Assembly: GCA_973895155.1 (NCBI GenBank) | Contig: OZ316893.1 | Span: 17,304,770-17,368,769, forward strand | Direction of reading: 5' to 3' | DNA length: 64,000 nucleotides | Origin: Marsupella aquatica | Lineage: Eukaryota > Plantae > Marchantiophyta | Shown: positions 46,283 to 59,190 of the stretch, piece after piece | Layout of the letters: each line of letters begins with the position of its first letter | Position numbering within the stretch: position 1 is the first letter of the stretch | Made by a program: the position numbers and the translations under genes | The notes under the pieces: generated by a model | Seen by the model: the letters and a program-made list of their open reading frames with translations, nothing else | What the model was told of the DNA's origin: nothing | Databases searched by the model: none

Positions 46283-49200
46283 TACAAATACAACCCACAT
46301 AAGAAATTCCTCCCAAGGAGGATGACAATTACCATCGAGACAACCCAAGGCTATTTTATCCTCGTATTGAGGAGTTGGTGAAGCAACAATTGGAGGCTTA
46401 CGAAGCACGGGAATACCATAAGGCGATTGATAAAGACTTGAAAGCAGCCAAGGCCGCCCAACAAGAAGAGCAAGAGAAGAGGGAGGCCAAGGCAAGAATA
46501 CAACATTTGGCAGGACGTGAAGAGCTGCTCGATCACAACGACGGTCGGACAACTACTCCAGAATAACCCAAAATACGGACAACTGAGGGAGTTGCTTATG
46601 AGTCGGCAGAGAAGGAGGCTACCCCGTATAGGTACTACGGATTGTAATATGATCTACAAGGACCTGAAAGCCCCAGAAATTTTGATCAAAATCAAGGGCT
46701 GTACCATCAAGATGGTCCTTGTGGACGGTGGAGCGAGAGTCAATATCATGATAGAAGAGACATCCGTAAAGTTGGGATACCTCACATATCAACCCACAGC
46801 CCGCGCTATTTGGCTAGCAAATGGAGCAAGAGTGCTACCCTTAGGTACACTCACCAAGGTCCTCACCCTGGTAGGTGTAGAATTTTACCTGAAATTTTTG
46901 GTCATGAGGCTAGTTCGACCATCTTCCTACCCGGTCCTCTTGGGAAGACCATGGCTGTATGGAGGTCGCGTAGTCACGGACTGGGGAAAGAAAGAGCTAA
47001 GATTTGGGACACTTACGATACAAGTATTGTGGACGGTGGACAATTATCAAGGCAAGACTCCTCAAGGACCTGAGGAGTATGACTCAGACCTCGGAGGAAG
47101 AAGAGCTCATTTCATCCCTTTTGGAGGAAGATGTTTTTGGAGTGGAGGCAACTCGGGAGATGCACCTCCTGAACTACCCAAAGGCAGCGGTAGACATGGC
47201 CACCGCGGACCTCTATGGCGCCTTGACAGGCGAGCATCAAGTGGAAGTCATTGCTACGGAAGATATGGAGGATACGGCTCCAACTAAGTAGGGAGCCAAA
47301 CTGGGCACAACTATTCTGGAGCTTGCTGATTCACAACCCAAAGTCAAAATCTCAAAACCAAAGCATAAGAAGCGGGTCTCCTTGGACCCGTCCATCCCAC
47401 CACTAGAAGAAGAAGCGCCCCTGATCCTGAAGCCAATCCCCATTCCTCCAATGTACGGAGGTGTCCGGTTAGCCAAACTAGATGCTAGTCTAGACCCCAG
47501 CTTGCGGAATCAAGTGGAGGTCATATGGAAGGAACATTATCGGAAGTACACCGTTGGAATGGATAAGTCTTTCAACTTAGGCCATGCTCTAAAGTCCATT
47601 CAAGCATTACTCAAGGAGTACAAAGACGTGTTTGCTTGGAGCCATCACGATCTTACCGGCGTCTCCCCCAAATTAGGAGAACACACAATCAATTTAAATT
47701 TGGGAGCTCATGCCATACAATAGAGGCAGCATCACATGAACCCACGGTACTCCATTCTGGTGAAGGAAGAGATCGACCAACTTCTGGCCGCAAATATCAT
47801 CTACCCGGTAATGGCCAGTGACTAGGTGTTCCCCATCGCCATCGTACCCAAGAAGGGAGGTACGGACGGGAAGCCCAAGATTTGCATTTTCCAGGTCCTG
47901 GACTATCATAAGCTGAACAATGCCACTTGGAAAGATCATTACCCGTTACCATTTATGGACATGGTCCTGGACATGGTAGCCCGTAATGAGATCTATACAT
48001 TCCTCGACGAGTATTCAGGCCACAACCAAATCTAGATCCAACTTTTGGATCAGCTTAAGACAACATTCACCATGGAGTGGGGAATGTTTGCATTTCATAG
48101 AATGTCGTTCGGATTATGTAACACCCCAGCCATGTTCCAGAGACTCATGATGAATATCTTCCATGACTTCTTGCAAGAGTTCCTAGAGATATTTATTGAT
48201 GAATTTGCCATATTTGGGACCATCGCCATGCACCCCGAGCATTTACGCCGTATGCTACAACGATGCAGGGAAGTAAATCTAAAGTTGCATCCAGCCAAGT
48301 GCTTTTTGGGGGTAGAGGAAGGGGTGTTACTCGGGCATCGTGTGTCAAAACGGGGTATAGAGGTGGATCAAGAGAACGTAGCGGCCTGGATGGCGGTGGT
48401 GTTCCTAGTCAATCAAAAAGCAGTACAATCGTTCCTTGGCTACGTAGGCTACTATAGCCGCTTCATCAAAGACTTTGCTACAATTGCGCTACCATTAACG
48501 GAGATGATGAAGAAGGAAGCAGTGATTGAAGAAACGCCTCGAAGGCGCATAGCCTTTGTGGAGCTCAGGTGTCGATTCAGCACGACACCCATTATGGTAA
48601 CCCCGGATTGGAATAAAGAATTCCATGTATACGTTGATGTTTCAGGCTTTTGCATCAGGTCCGTGCTGAGCCAACTGGATGAGGATGGTTGCGACCACCC
48701 CATCTATTTTGCTAGCCATCAGCTATTCACGACTGAGAAAACTATTCCCCTACGGATTGGGAGGCTCTTGGAATTATCTATTCATGCAAAAAGTTGCATC
48801 ACTACCTGCTAGGATACAAAGTCATTTTCCATATGGATCATGATAGCTTGAAGTACATGGTAAACAAGGCAGATGTCACGGGACGGATAGCCAGATGGGT
48901 TTTGCTCTTACAAGAGTTTAATTACAAAGTTTGGGTTTGGCCAGGGAAGGCACACCTCAACGCAAATTTCTTTTCACGGTTGGATGGCGCACCCGTCAAT
49001 CAGCCGATCAATGACACTTTCCCGGATGAGGAGTTATTCCACGTAGGGGAGGGTACGCCCACCTGGTACGGACCACTCATTACATTTCTCTTGACAAGGC
49101 GGATACCCAATGGGATTAATCAAGAGGCGGCAACAGTATTTTTACACAAAGTTGGGCCGTACATGATGATATAGGGCCACCTGCACAAAGAAGGAGTTAA

Positions 49201-50164
49201 CAAAAAACTATGGTGTTGCCTTGAATATAAGGAAACACTCATTGTTATGCGGGCCTTACACAAAGAAGATGCGGGGGGGGGGCATTTTGGGGCCATCACC
49301 GCAAGAAGATCCTGGATTCAGGATATTGGTGGCCCACACTACACCGGGACAACGCTTTATTAAGGGGTGTGATTTATGCCAATGGGTCGGCGCCTCGAGG
49401 AAGTCACACCAACACCCTCTCACCTCCGTACTTCCACTTGCACCATTCAAGCCCACATTCAAGAAATGGGGCCTCAATTACATTGGGCCATTTACGCCGG
49501 TCACTCGTCGGCGCCGATGTAGGTACATTCTACTTGCTATTGATTATTCAACCAAGTGGATCAAAGCCCGAGCTACAGTAAAAGATGATGCAACCACTAG
49601 TGCCAAGTTCTTATACAAGACAAATATTCACTCGCTTTGGACCGCCCTTGGAGATCGTCAGCGACCGGGAACGCACTTCATCAATAAGACAGTAGAGCGG
49701 CTTACTGAACGGTACCTGGTCAAACACCGCAAGACCACCCCGTACCATCCTAAAGCCAACGGACTAACGGAGAGAGCAAATGGGATCATCGGAAAGATCC
49801 TCAACAAAACAATAGCCGCACACAAGACGGATTGGGATGACAAGTTGTACGCTGTTGTATAGTCATACAACTTGGCTTACAAGACTACTACCGATCATAG
49901 CCCGTACTTCCTCATGTTTGGGAAAAACTCTCTGGTTCCGGTCGAGTTTGAAATCCACACGCCACGGGTGAGTATTCAGGATCGCTTATCCAAAGCCAAA
50001 AGTTCTTCAGATAGAGCTTACCAGATTGAGGCATTGGAAGAAGCCCGGGCACAACCTGCCCGACACGCAACAAAGCAACAGGCAACTTCCAAGAAGCAGC
50101 ACAACAAAGGACTACAAAAGGTTGACGTTGTAATAGGGGACCTAGTCCTCCTGTACAATAGAAG
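46283..50164 (+). pseudogene. Ty3/Gypsy pol (PR-RT-RH-INT), non-chromovirus type, heavily decayed
   Basis: LVDGGARVNIM/LLGRPWL (PR), VFAWSHHDL, KDHYPLPF, MSFGLCNTPAMFQR, IFIDEF (RT), VYVDVSG/DHDSLKY/RIARWVLLLQEF (RH), INDTFPDEELF, KWGLNYIGPF, TPYHPKANGLTER, GDLVLLY (INT). Truncated at 50164. Confidence 0.92.
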
Positions 50165-52777
50165 TGTGGAATGACTCGATATAGGTTTATGTAAGAAACT
50201 TGTCATTTTTTTGCTTTTTGAACAAGGAATAGTAAGAAAGACATTTTAAGTGCTATTGGAGTAACTAGGTTTTAGGAACTTAAGTAGGTAGAATAGGAAA
50301 GATAGTGGAATGGAAGGTTACTGAGTTGTAAGCAAGTGACAAGGGATAAGAAAGGTCTTTATGATGGGGCATACAACGTTCCGTCCTTATTTAGACTAGA
50401 CGACTATTTCGAGCCGGAGAAACAACCCGACACTTGAAGTCTTAGTTTTGGTTCAGATTTTTCCCATAGATGCTAGGAGGTCCCTAGAGCACCCCTAAAA
50501 AGTTAGATGTCAAGTGGGGTCTCAACCTAGGGTTTCCTTGTGTTTTGGTGCGAATTAAATTAACAACATAGCGGGTCCCGGGAAAAATAGCTGATGAGTA
50601 AATTTAGGAGTTCCAAGTTTTGGAGTGGGTAAAATATGGTCCACTCTATCTCTGGGAACTTGTGGTAGAACTTGGTTATCTTTGGTTACTTTTTGGGAGC
50701 ATCTCAAAGTTGAGAAGAATTTTGGAAAACATAATAATTAACCCTCTTTATCTAATTTTATAAAATCTGTTATAAAGTTTTGTTTAGATATTAGTAAACC
50801 AGTACATAGTCCTATGTCTAGAAAATCTGTAGATCTACTTATAAGTCATTTTGGACTCATGTGTGATTTTTGGGGGCGGTCCTAAACAGCCTGGAAATAT
50901 TGTTTTCCCAACAAAAAAATCCAAATTTTTTTCTAAGTGTCAACCACGTCGGCGGCGACCACGACTTAAGCACGAGGCCGGGGCGACTCAAGCACAAGGT
51001 CAGGAACACCATAAGGGTCAATACATGAGATGCTTGCTTCGAATTGGGATCAAGAGGCAACTACGAAATTGAATTGAGCTGCTATAGCTTCAGGCATGGG
51101 ATGCTGATCAGAATTGGCTGGCTGCCTCGATGCTGCTGATTGGAATAGAGCTGCTTGCTATGGAGAAATAGGCTGCTGCTGATCAAGAGATAGCTGGCTG
51201 GCTGTGAGCTATGGTCGGCTATGAAATTGAAGGGCTGGCAGCTGATCAGACTTACTGCTGCACCAGAATTAGAAGGGCTAGCTTCAAGCACGAGATGTTG
51301 AGTGTTGGCTGATTAGTAAGTATGCTGCAAGCTCAATAGTGTTGGTGCTCTGCTAGCTACGAAGTTGAGAAGGGTGAGCTATGGCCGGCTGCTGGAGAAT
51401 AGAGCTAGGCTGCTAGCAAATTGATTGAATGTAGTAGCAAACGGACCAGCTGCAAGGAAGGAATTAAGAGGGCTAGTTGCGAATTGGTGGGCTATGGTTG
51501 CTGCAAAATTCTGCTGCAATTTTGAATCACTTGCAAGTCTGGATGGCTATGGAGGTGGACTGAAAAGGGTGCTGCAAACCTGGTTGAGCTGTAGATTGAC
51601 CTGCTACCATTCGAATCCAACAGAGAATGATGCAGTTTCAGATTGAATTCAAGAGAGAGGAAAATGGCTGCGAAAATTGATGTCCTTATCAAATTCTTCA
51701 TAAGAAACGTGAGTATAATGAGAGTACTCTCCCCTGGTGACACCTGGAATCTCCATAAGGGGCGTGTAAGGTAAGTGTAATTCGGTCGCCGCTTACACCC
51801 GCTTTACACCAAAAACAGGCCTGGGGAGAATGGGCATAACTTTGACTAGGGGTATCCGTTGGGGCCCAAATGTTTTTGTACCGAGTTAGGGGAAGGTAAT
51901 GCACCCCTTGGTGAAGGTGGAAACCCAGAAAAAGAATCACTCAAATATATGTTTAGCCGAGGCCACAAGGGGGTCCCGATGGCTTGCAAACCAAAGTTGG
52001 CATAGGGGAATGAATACCAGATTTAGGGGCTGACCTTTCTTGCACCCATACCACTTTAGTTAGGCTCTAGGGAAGGGTACTTACCTTTAGTCAAAGGTGT
52101 AAGGCCATCAAGTTAAGAAAAGTAAATATAGGGGGTAGTTTACTTAGGGTAGTAAAAGGGTTACAAGTAAAATAAGGCCAACTTTGTCTAAGCATAACTT
52201 GAGACTCACTCACTCTTTTTGCGAGCTTTCAAGTGAGTTGGAAATCTGGTGAGGAGGACCATAAGTGGGAGCAGGTTTGGAGGTCAAATCATGCAACTCA
52301 TGGGTGGCATATTCCAGGGCTTGGAAGGAGGCCAAACAATAGGTTGTAGGGTGGGCTACGAACTATAGAGTTGGACTTTGTGTGTTAGGAGGACTTGGGG
52401 GAGGAGTAGTTGGACCCCAAGTCAAGCTTGGTGTGGTGTGGAAGGAGAATAGTATATAAGAAGTAAGTTTTCATTTGTTAGGGACCGGGAGTCTCATCTC
52501 TTAAGTGGAATCTCTACCTTGCCAAGGTAGGGGGCCCATTGCAAGCTACAAGGGGTATAAAAAGTACCTAACAACCTCACAATTACTTATAGAACCAATG
52601 TGACTACTTTACTCAAGAAGGAACCCTCAAAGGTTAGGATTAAATCTCAAGAGTGAAGGGAATGGAGGGAGGAGATTAACTTGTGATTATGAGACTAAGT
52701 AGGTGTGATTATGAGACTAAGTAGGTGACTTTTAGTGGGTAGTGTAATAATTAGTCAAAGTAATGCGGACGCCGACA
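50165..52777. mobile_element. Probable further Gypsy-type LTR (F), without a matching TSD
   Basis: Starts TGTGG where the integrase frame breaks and ends GACGCCGACA. Non-coding, with GCTG-rich repeats (51080-51600), a GCACCCCTTGGT motif as in LTR A, and a 22-bp tandem duplication at ~52683-52727. Confidence 0.45.
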
Positions 52778-53224
52778 TGTCTCGTTTGAAAGTAGTAGGG
52801 CATTTTGAAAATATCTCGTCTTTTGAAAGTGTGAGTGTTTGTTCTTTACCCTGTTCCTTATCTTGTCTTTGGAAAGTGTGAGTGTTTTTCTTTACCCTGT
52901 TCCTTGTCCTGATGTTGGAGACCTGAGAAGGCTTTGGCTCTGGGCTCTTCGGGATCTTTGGGATCTTGTTTGATCTTTTGGATCAAAGCAGAGGAAGGGA
53001 ACAAGAGCCTGGCATTGTGGATTTGCAGATTGGTGTTGCGAAGTTGTGAAGAAGGTCGGCGCAATGGCTAGTTTAATCCAAAGTACTAGTCTCGCTGCGT
53101 GTAGCGGCACAATGAGATAGGCAAAAGCCAGTCATCCCAAATTTAGGATCCTAACAGTATCGGCGAAGTTTGTCACATGCTTTACCCTATTCCTTGTGTT
53201 GATGCTGGAGGCGATCAAGATGTC

Positions 53225-56200
53225 ATGGAGGGTGCGATGGTGGTACCTCCGCAAACAAGCTAGCTACCTGGAAGACTACTACTGAAGGAGAAAACTGCGA
53301 TCAGCTGATTGAGGTTGGTTTTAGGAGAGCCAAAAGGAGGTTCTGGCGCAGTACAATTTCAAAAGCTCTAGTCAGAGATGCTTTTGTTCTTTAGGCGGAC
53401 AGGGGCGGACAGGAAGAAGTATCTCCACAATGCGTTGCAAAGTTTATTGATTGCTTGTGGAGACCAAATATTGGTCTGACTTTCATTGAGAACAGAGAGA
53501 TTGCGTTTCTTGGAGAGAACCACGTTAGTGGATCATACAAGGATGCATGTCAAATACCTCCCATTCACTTGCTGTCAAGATGGATGTTATCAATCAGAAA
53601 AGAGAACATAGGAATTTCTTGAAGAGGAGACGCTTAGCTGAGAAGTCTCGCCTACTCGATGAAATTGCAGAAAGCAAGAAGGAAGCCCTAGCAGAAATTG
53701 AGGCCAGAAAGAACAACGCTATAAAAGAAGCCGAAAGCATTGTAAAGAAAGCAAGGGAGGAGGCAAAGGCCCTTGTAGATGCAGCTGAGGTCTCTAAAGC
53801 AGTAATTGATAGTTGTGTAGCTTCTGCCACAGAGAGATGGCGTCTGATTGAGAGCAACATTGAAGGGCATAGACCTGCAGTTGTAGATGTGCGGCCAAAT
53901 GTTGTCAATTTAGAACAAATTCGAGCACGGAATGCTGAAAGGGCTAGAAGATATTACTGGAAGCAAAAAGTCTTGCAACAACAACAGAGCGTAGCAACGC
54001 CCGAATGTGAGGACTCAGGTTTGGATCAACCAAACAGAGGAGCAAGAAGGGTGAAAGCAATAGCAAGCAATTTGTTCAAAGTATTTCATGAGAGCACCAA
54101 GTTTCACAACTTAGCGAGCAAGAAGTTAGCGCTTGAGAAGTTCTGGCATAATCCTGGTTTGAAAGACCTACACCCTTCCGAAACTGGTTGCCCTAAGATG
54201 GACGCCTCAATGAAAGCGAGTTTTGAAGACTTGAAGTCAGCCCTACAAGTAATAAAAGGGGCACATAGGAAGGATCATCTTGCAGCCAAGCAATCAGTGC
54301 TGATTGGGCTGACTGGTGTTTTCTTACTTAACGTTGTTGCTGAAGTCAAATTATTGCTTCAGTGGATGGTATTTATTTATGAGTTACATTGCTGTATTTA
54401 GACTTCAATATGTTGTTGTATGTAGACTTAATTATGATCTCGTGTTCATGGTCGGATATGCTAGGTTCAAAGATTGTGAAAGACAGGAGAAGAGCTAGTC
54501 TTGCCAAAGCTCTAGGTATCAAAAAGGCAAATTTATATCGAGCTGCAATCACCAGAGCACGACTTGATGCTGATGAATCAGTTAAATTTCCAATGGGTGT
54601 CCGAAGACGAGGTCAGACAAAATCTCTCAAGAAATCAGGGAATCTGTGAAGCTTTATTGGGAAGAAAATACTAGAGTTTCACCAAACCAATCTGACCAAG
54701 CAAGGCTCAGATTGAGTCCGAAGGTGTATGAGCTACATCAAGTCCATTGGCTAGAGGAAACTGAGGTAAGTTGTGTCACTCAATCTCTATAGGTTTCCAA
54801 TTCTTATAGTTACGCCCTCATTGTATTTTCAGGTACTGAACATGCTGTCCACTCGGCCAGACATGTCCTCTCTTCTTACTAGTAGTTGCACTAATTAAAG
54901 TAGTCGTGTTTGTGATGGCCCAGGTCAATTTTTACTTGATCTTCACAGAATGGTGCAAAAGCAAAGGAGAGGAAGTTCCTGTTGGATTAAGGACCTTCCA
55001 GTACTTGAAGCCCTATTTCATTCGGGTCCTAAAAGACAGGAATGTTTGCTGTTGTAAACAACACGTGGAGATGAATTTGTTGAAGGAGGCTTTGAATAAA
55101 TTTTGACTTCACAAACATCCTACGACGACATACTGTTGTGATTGTGCAATTTGTCACTCCTCATCAACTATTGGACTAGGAGCAGGCTGTTTAGCTGGGA
55201 AATGCACAGTGAAGTCGGTGAGAGATTGGTGTGATGAGATATTGTGTCCTAAACCAGAAGGTAAATCGTGGCACAAGAAGGAATGCATCATGGGTGCATG
55301 CCAAGATTGTGGTGTGGAACATTTACTCACATGCAACGCGGAGTTACAATCAGGTGACTCCTTGCCTATTGTCTGGGAAACTTTTCAGTATGTTAGCTTG
55401 CAACAGAAGTCTACTAAGAAGAAGGCTGGTGAGGAAGACGAGGCAATAGGAAAGAGGTTAAGAATGATCTACATGGAAACTCCATTTGCAGAATTTCTGG
55501 ATAAGGTAAAGTTGAAGATGCCTGCATTTGTTATACACAACTTCCGTGCTCGGTGGCAAGCAGAGCAGTACAAGAGGTCTCAAGCAATATTTCCCAAGGG
55601 GACCATGCTTTCTTCTATAGATTTCAGTGAGAACTATACTTTTTTGGTTCAAGATGAAGTGCAAAGTATGCATTGGGATAACAAGCAGATTAGCATCTTG
55701 GTTCACGCTACGTTTAGGCACAAGGAAGATCATGAATACATAGATGGAGAATGCAGACTGACCCCTCAGATCCGGATGATCGCCACATCATTGGAGACTA
55801 TCACTTCTACATAAGTGATGATAACCAGCATGATAGTTTATTTGTCCAACATTGTTTGGATAAACACATCAAGTGGATACAAGATCAAAATTTGTCAATT
55901 GGCAATCATTGGGTGTGGAGCGATGGGTGTGCGGCACAGTTTAAGAGTAGAGGGCCATTCTATTTTGTAAGTAGGTACTACAATACTTACGGAGTAGAAA
56001 TGCAATGGAATTTCCATGGAAGCGGTCATGGCAAAAATGTTGTTGTGAGTATTTCATCCCCCCGTCCAACCTTCTTCCAGCTTCTTGATTTCCAATTATG
56101 GTTTTGTGACTCTGAGTGAGCCAAGATTGGGAATAGACTAGTAGGTGACAACACTGGATGATCAGTCTTCTCTGATGTGAACTGGCTTCTTGACTAGATG

Positions 56201-57243
56201 AAGGTTACTTGCTGACATCAGAATCCATGAATGTCATCTGATACCTGATTTGTATGTTAGGATGGCGAAGGTGGTACACAGAAGAGGGCTCTGGCCAAAG
56301 AACAACTTTTAAGTTCAACAAGAGGTCATAAACTACAGAATGCTCATGATGCTATGACATTCTTGAGATCCAGATTTGCATTAGGGAAGGAGACAGGGCC
56401 TGGAAAAGTTCAGACGATTCGACGCCATCATTGGGAAATCAAGGAGGGAGATGTGAATAGGAGAAAAGCTTGGGATTGTGAGCCAATTCCGGGAAACAGA
56501 TCCCTTCATTGCTTTCGCGGCTTCAGTAAAGATGTTCCTACTCTGTTAAAGGTGAGAAAGATGTGTTGCTTCTGTCCTGCCTGTGTCGATGGGGCTGAGA
56601 GTTTAGATTGCCAAAATGTGGAGCATGCTGGAAAGTGGGAGCTTGAAACCATTCACCCAAAGCAACCATCAGATGTTGCAGCAATTGTGCATGACATGGG
56701 TGTTGGACTAGGAGCCGGGGAGTTGGAAGATGGAGATTTAGCTGACACTATAAAGGTTGGTACATTTTTTGCTGTTGAGGCTTCAGCTGACGACCTGTTT
56801 GGTGCTGATTTCTATATCCTGCAATGTGAGGTGGAAGCACATGATTGCCAAGAGAGTTTTGTGGATGCATATGGGGTAGCATTCAAGGTTGGTGACAGAG
56901 TATTACAGGGCAGATGGTACCAACAAGTAGGGAAAACGGTTACCCGTTATGTATACACACGGAAGTCGCCCAAAAGTGGGTGCATGCAAAGGATGTCATC
57001 CATGTTGGCTTCTTACTTCAGCCTGCTGGGAAATCAGGAGGGGACAATGCCTTCTCTTTGCCTAAAGATACTCTTGCAGCAATCATGGGATCCTTGGAAA
57101 GGTACGTAGACCAACTACCTCGATCCACTTTGATTCTTGCTTTCAAATCTTTGAAAGTTGTTCACATTGCAATTACACAGAACACGATGAGCAAGGTAGT
57201 GGATGACAATCTATGTTTTTTGTGTGGCAGTGTCTTCAGGTAA
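53225..57243 (+). pseudogene. Intron-containing DDE transposase pseudogene, Sola2-like
   Basis: GLRTFQYLKPYFI...NVCCCKQH; CIMGACQDCG; IDFSENYTFLVQDEVQSMHWDNKQISI; SDDNQHD; WSDGCAAQFKS; WNFHGSGHGKNVV|DGEGGTQK; PIPGNRSLH; CCFCPAC. GT-AG introns at 54316-54464, 54766-54923 and 56045-56260 join the motifs in frame. Stop at 55104 and several frameshifts. Confidence 0.8.
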
Positions 57244-57439
57244 TTACTGAAGTCTGTCAAATTGTGGACAAAGCGCCACAAAGTCTCAAGTAAGGACCTA
57301 TACCAACATAATTCTTGTCTACTTGAATACTACTGAGACAATCCTGTCATCCTTGTATGATCTTACACTTTTCATTACTTTTACTGTACTCGGAGTACTT
57401 TTCTTACTGTAAGTGCTTGAGGGTTGCTTTGCAATACAT

Positions 57440-57925
57440 ATCTTACTTGTAAGTGTACTTAAAGTACTTAATGTTACTTCATGTACTTAACATTACTTGA
57501 AGTACATACTTGCAATTTACTTTTAAGTTAGTACATCAACTAAGTTACTTGAAGTACTTCAAGTTACTTTGAGTTACTTCAAGTTACTCGAAGTACTTCA
57601 ATTTACTTCGAGTTACTTGAAGTACTTCGAGTTACTTCGAGCTACTTCAAGTACTCCGATTTACTTCAAGTACTTCGAGTTACTTTGACAAGTACTTCTT
57701 CAATACCCCAGTTAGTTCTGTACATATGATCAGCCACTAAAAATAGAACCGCAATAGCTTCAAGTACTCTAGTCTTGAAATACTTAGAACTTCTACTTGA
57801 AGTAGTTTAAGACTGGACGACTACTTGAAGTACTCAAATAGTACTTGAAGTACTTCCATCTTTCTTGACAAACGCTTACTTCAAGTACTTAATTGCAGCT
57901 AAGGTAGTTTGAAGTACTTTACTTC
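57440..57925. repeat. Low-complexity tandem array of AGTTACTTC/AAGTACTTG units
   Basis: 9-10 bp units built on the palindrome AAGTACTT, in both orientations, immediately 3' of the transposase. Confidence 0.85.
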
Positions 57926-58254
57926 TTTAGGCATTGGTAGTACTTAACACTAACCTACAAGTGTTGTAGTTTATTTGTTGCCAAGGTAACTGCTGTACTT
58001 ATGGGTGAACTTAGAATCCAACTGAACGTAACAGTTGAATTCAATTGATGTGAGATTGGTTGTGGGTTACATATGGGTTGAAAGCACAATGCATGAAAGC
58101 ACTGTAATGCATGACAATGATCTCATTTCTCCTGGACGCTCACAACTTTACTTATTGATCTTGAGTATTTGTTGATTGTGCAGCAAGTTCAGGAGGTACG
58201 TGGGTCTGGTTGGAAGCTTAGGTCTGAGGATAGATGTAATGGACATTTGGATCT

Positions 58255-58963
58255 ATGGATTGCTTGGACAAGAAGGAGGATTTGTATGATATCAAGGCGC
58301 CCTTGACCTTGACACAGTGGAGCCCGGGCAAGACTCTTGTGACCAGAACACAAGGAACAAACATCGCTGCTGATGGCCTGAAAGGTGTGTTTGAGGTCTC
58401 GCTCGCTGATCTTCAGCCAGACGAAGACCAGGCTTTCAGGAAGATCAAGCCAAGGGCTGAGGATGTGCAAGGGCGCAGTGTTCTTACCAACTTTTGGGGT
58501 ATGGAATTCACCACTGACAAGCTTTGGTTCCTTGTCCGCAAGTGGTAGTCTCTTATTGTTGCCTGTGTTGATATCAAGACAACAGACAATTATATTGTTC
58601 TGTACTGGCTTCACGAAGAAGAGGCCGAACCAGATAAAGAGGACTTTGTATGCTTAGTCCAGTCAGATCAGAACTATTTGCAGAAAGATGAGAGAGATAA
58701 TGACTAAGGCCCACAAATGTGACCTCAAGGAACTGGTTTCCAAGTTCATTCCTGAGGTTATCGGAAAGGAAATTAAGAAGGCTACCGTAGGTATCTACCC
58801 TCTATAGAACACAATTGTGCGCAAGGTGAAGATTTTGAAGGCTCCCAAGTTTGATCTGACAAAACTTATGGAGGTACATGGGGACTAGAGCGAGGAGGTC
58901 GTACTAAGATTGAGAGGCTTGTAGGCAACCCGGTCAAAGGCTATGGAAGTTCCAGGCGCTCAG
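58255..58963 (+). pseudogene. RPS3A: Processed pseudogene of 40S ribosomal protein S3a (eS1), 5'-truncated
   Basis: YDIKAP...[67 protein letters not shown]...GFTKKRPNQIKRT...[27 protein letters not shown]...RKVKILKAPKFDLTKLMEVHGD. No introns; multiple stops and indels. Confidence 0.93.
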
Positions 58964-59190
58964 TTGGCTTTTATGTAGGCTTACAAATTTTGTCCCCTTC
59001 CACTTCATGGCATTGAAGAGTATTGATCTTTTTATGGTGGATTCTCCTATAATTCATATGCAACCCTGTTACATAAGTGCTTGCAGCCTTAATTCCCACA
59101 TTACATAGTGTCGCTCTAGGACCTCATTGGCTTCAAAGATCTTGTTTGTTTCAAAAGTTCTCACGTTTCAAACCCTTTACGTATGAATTC

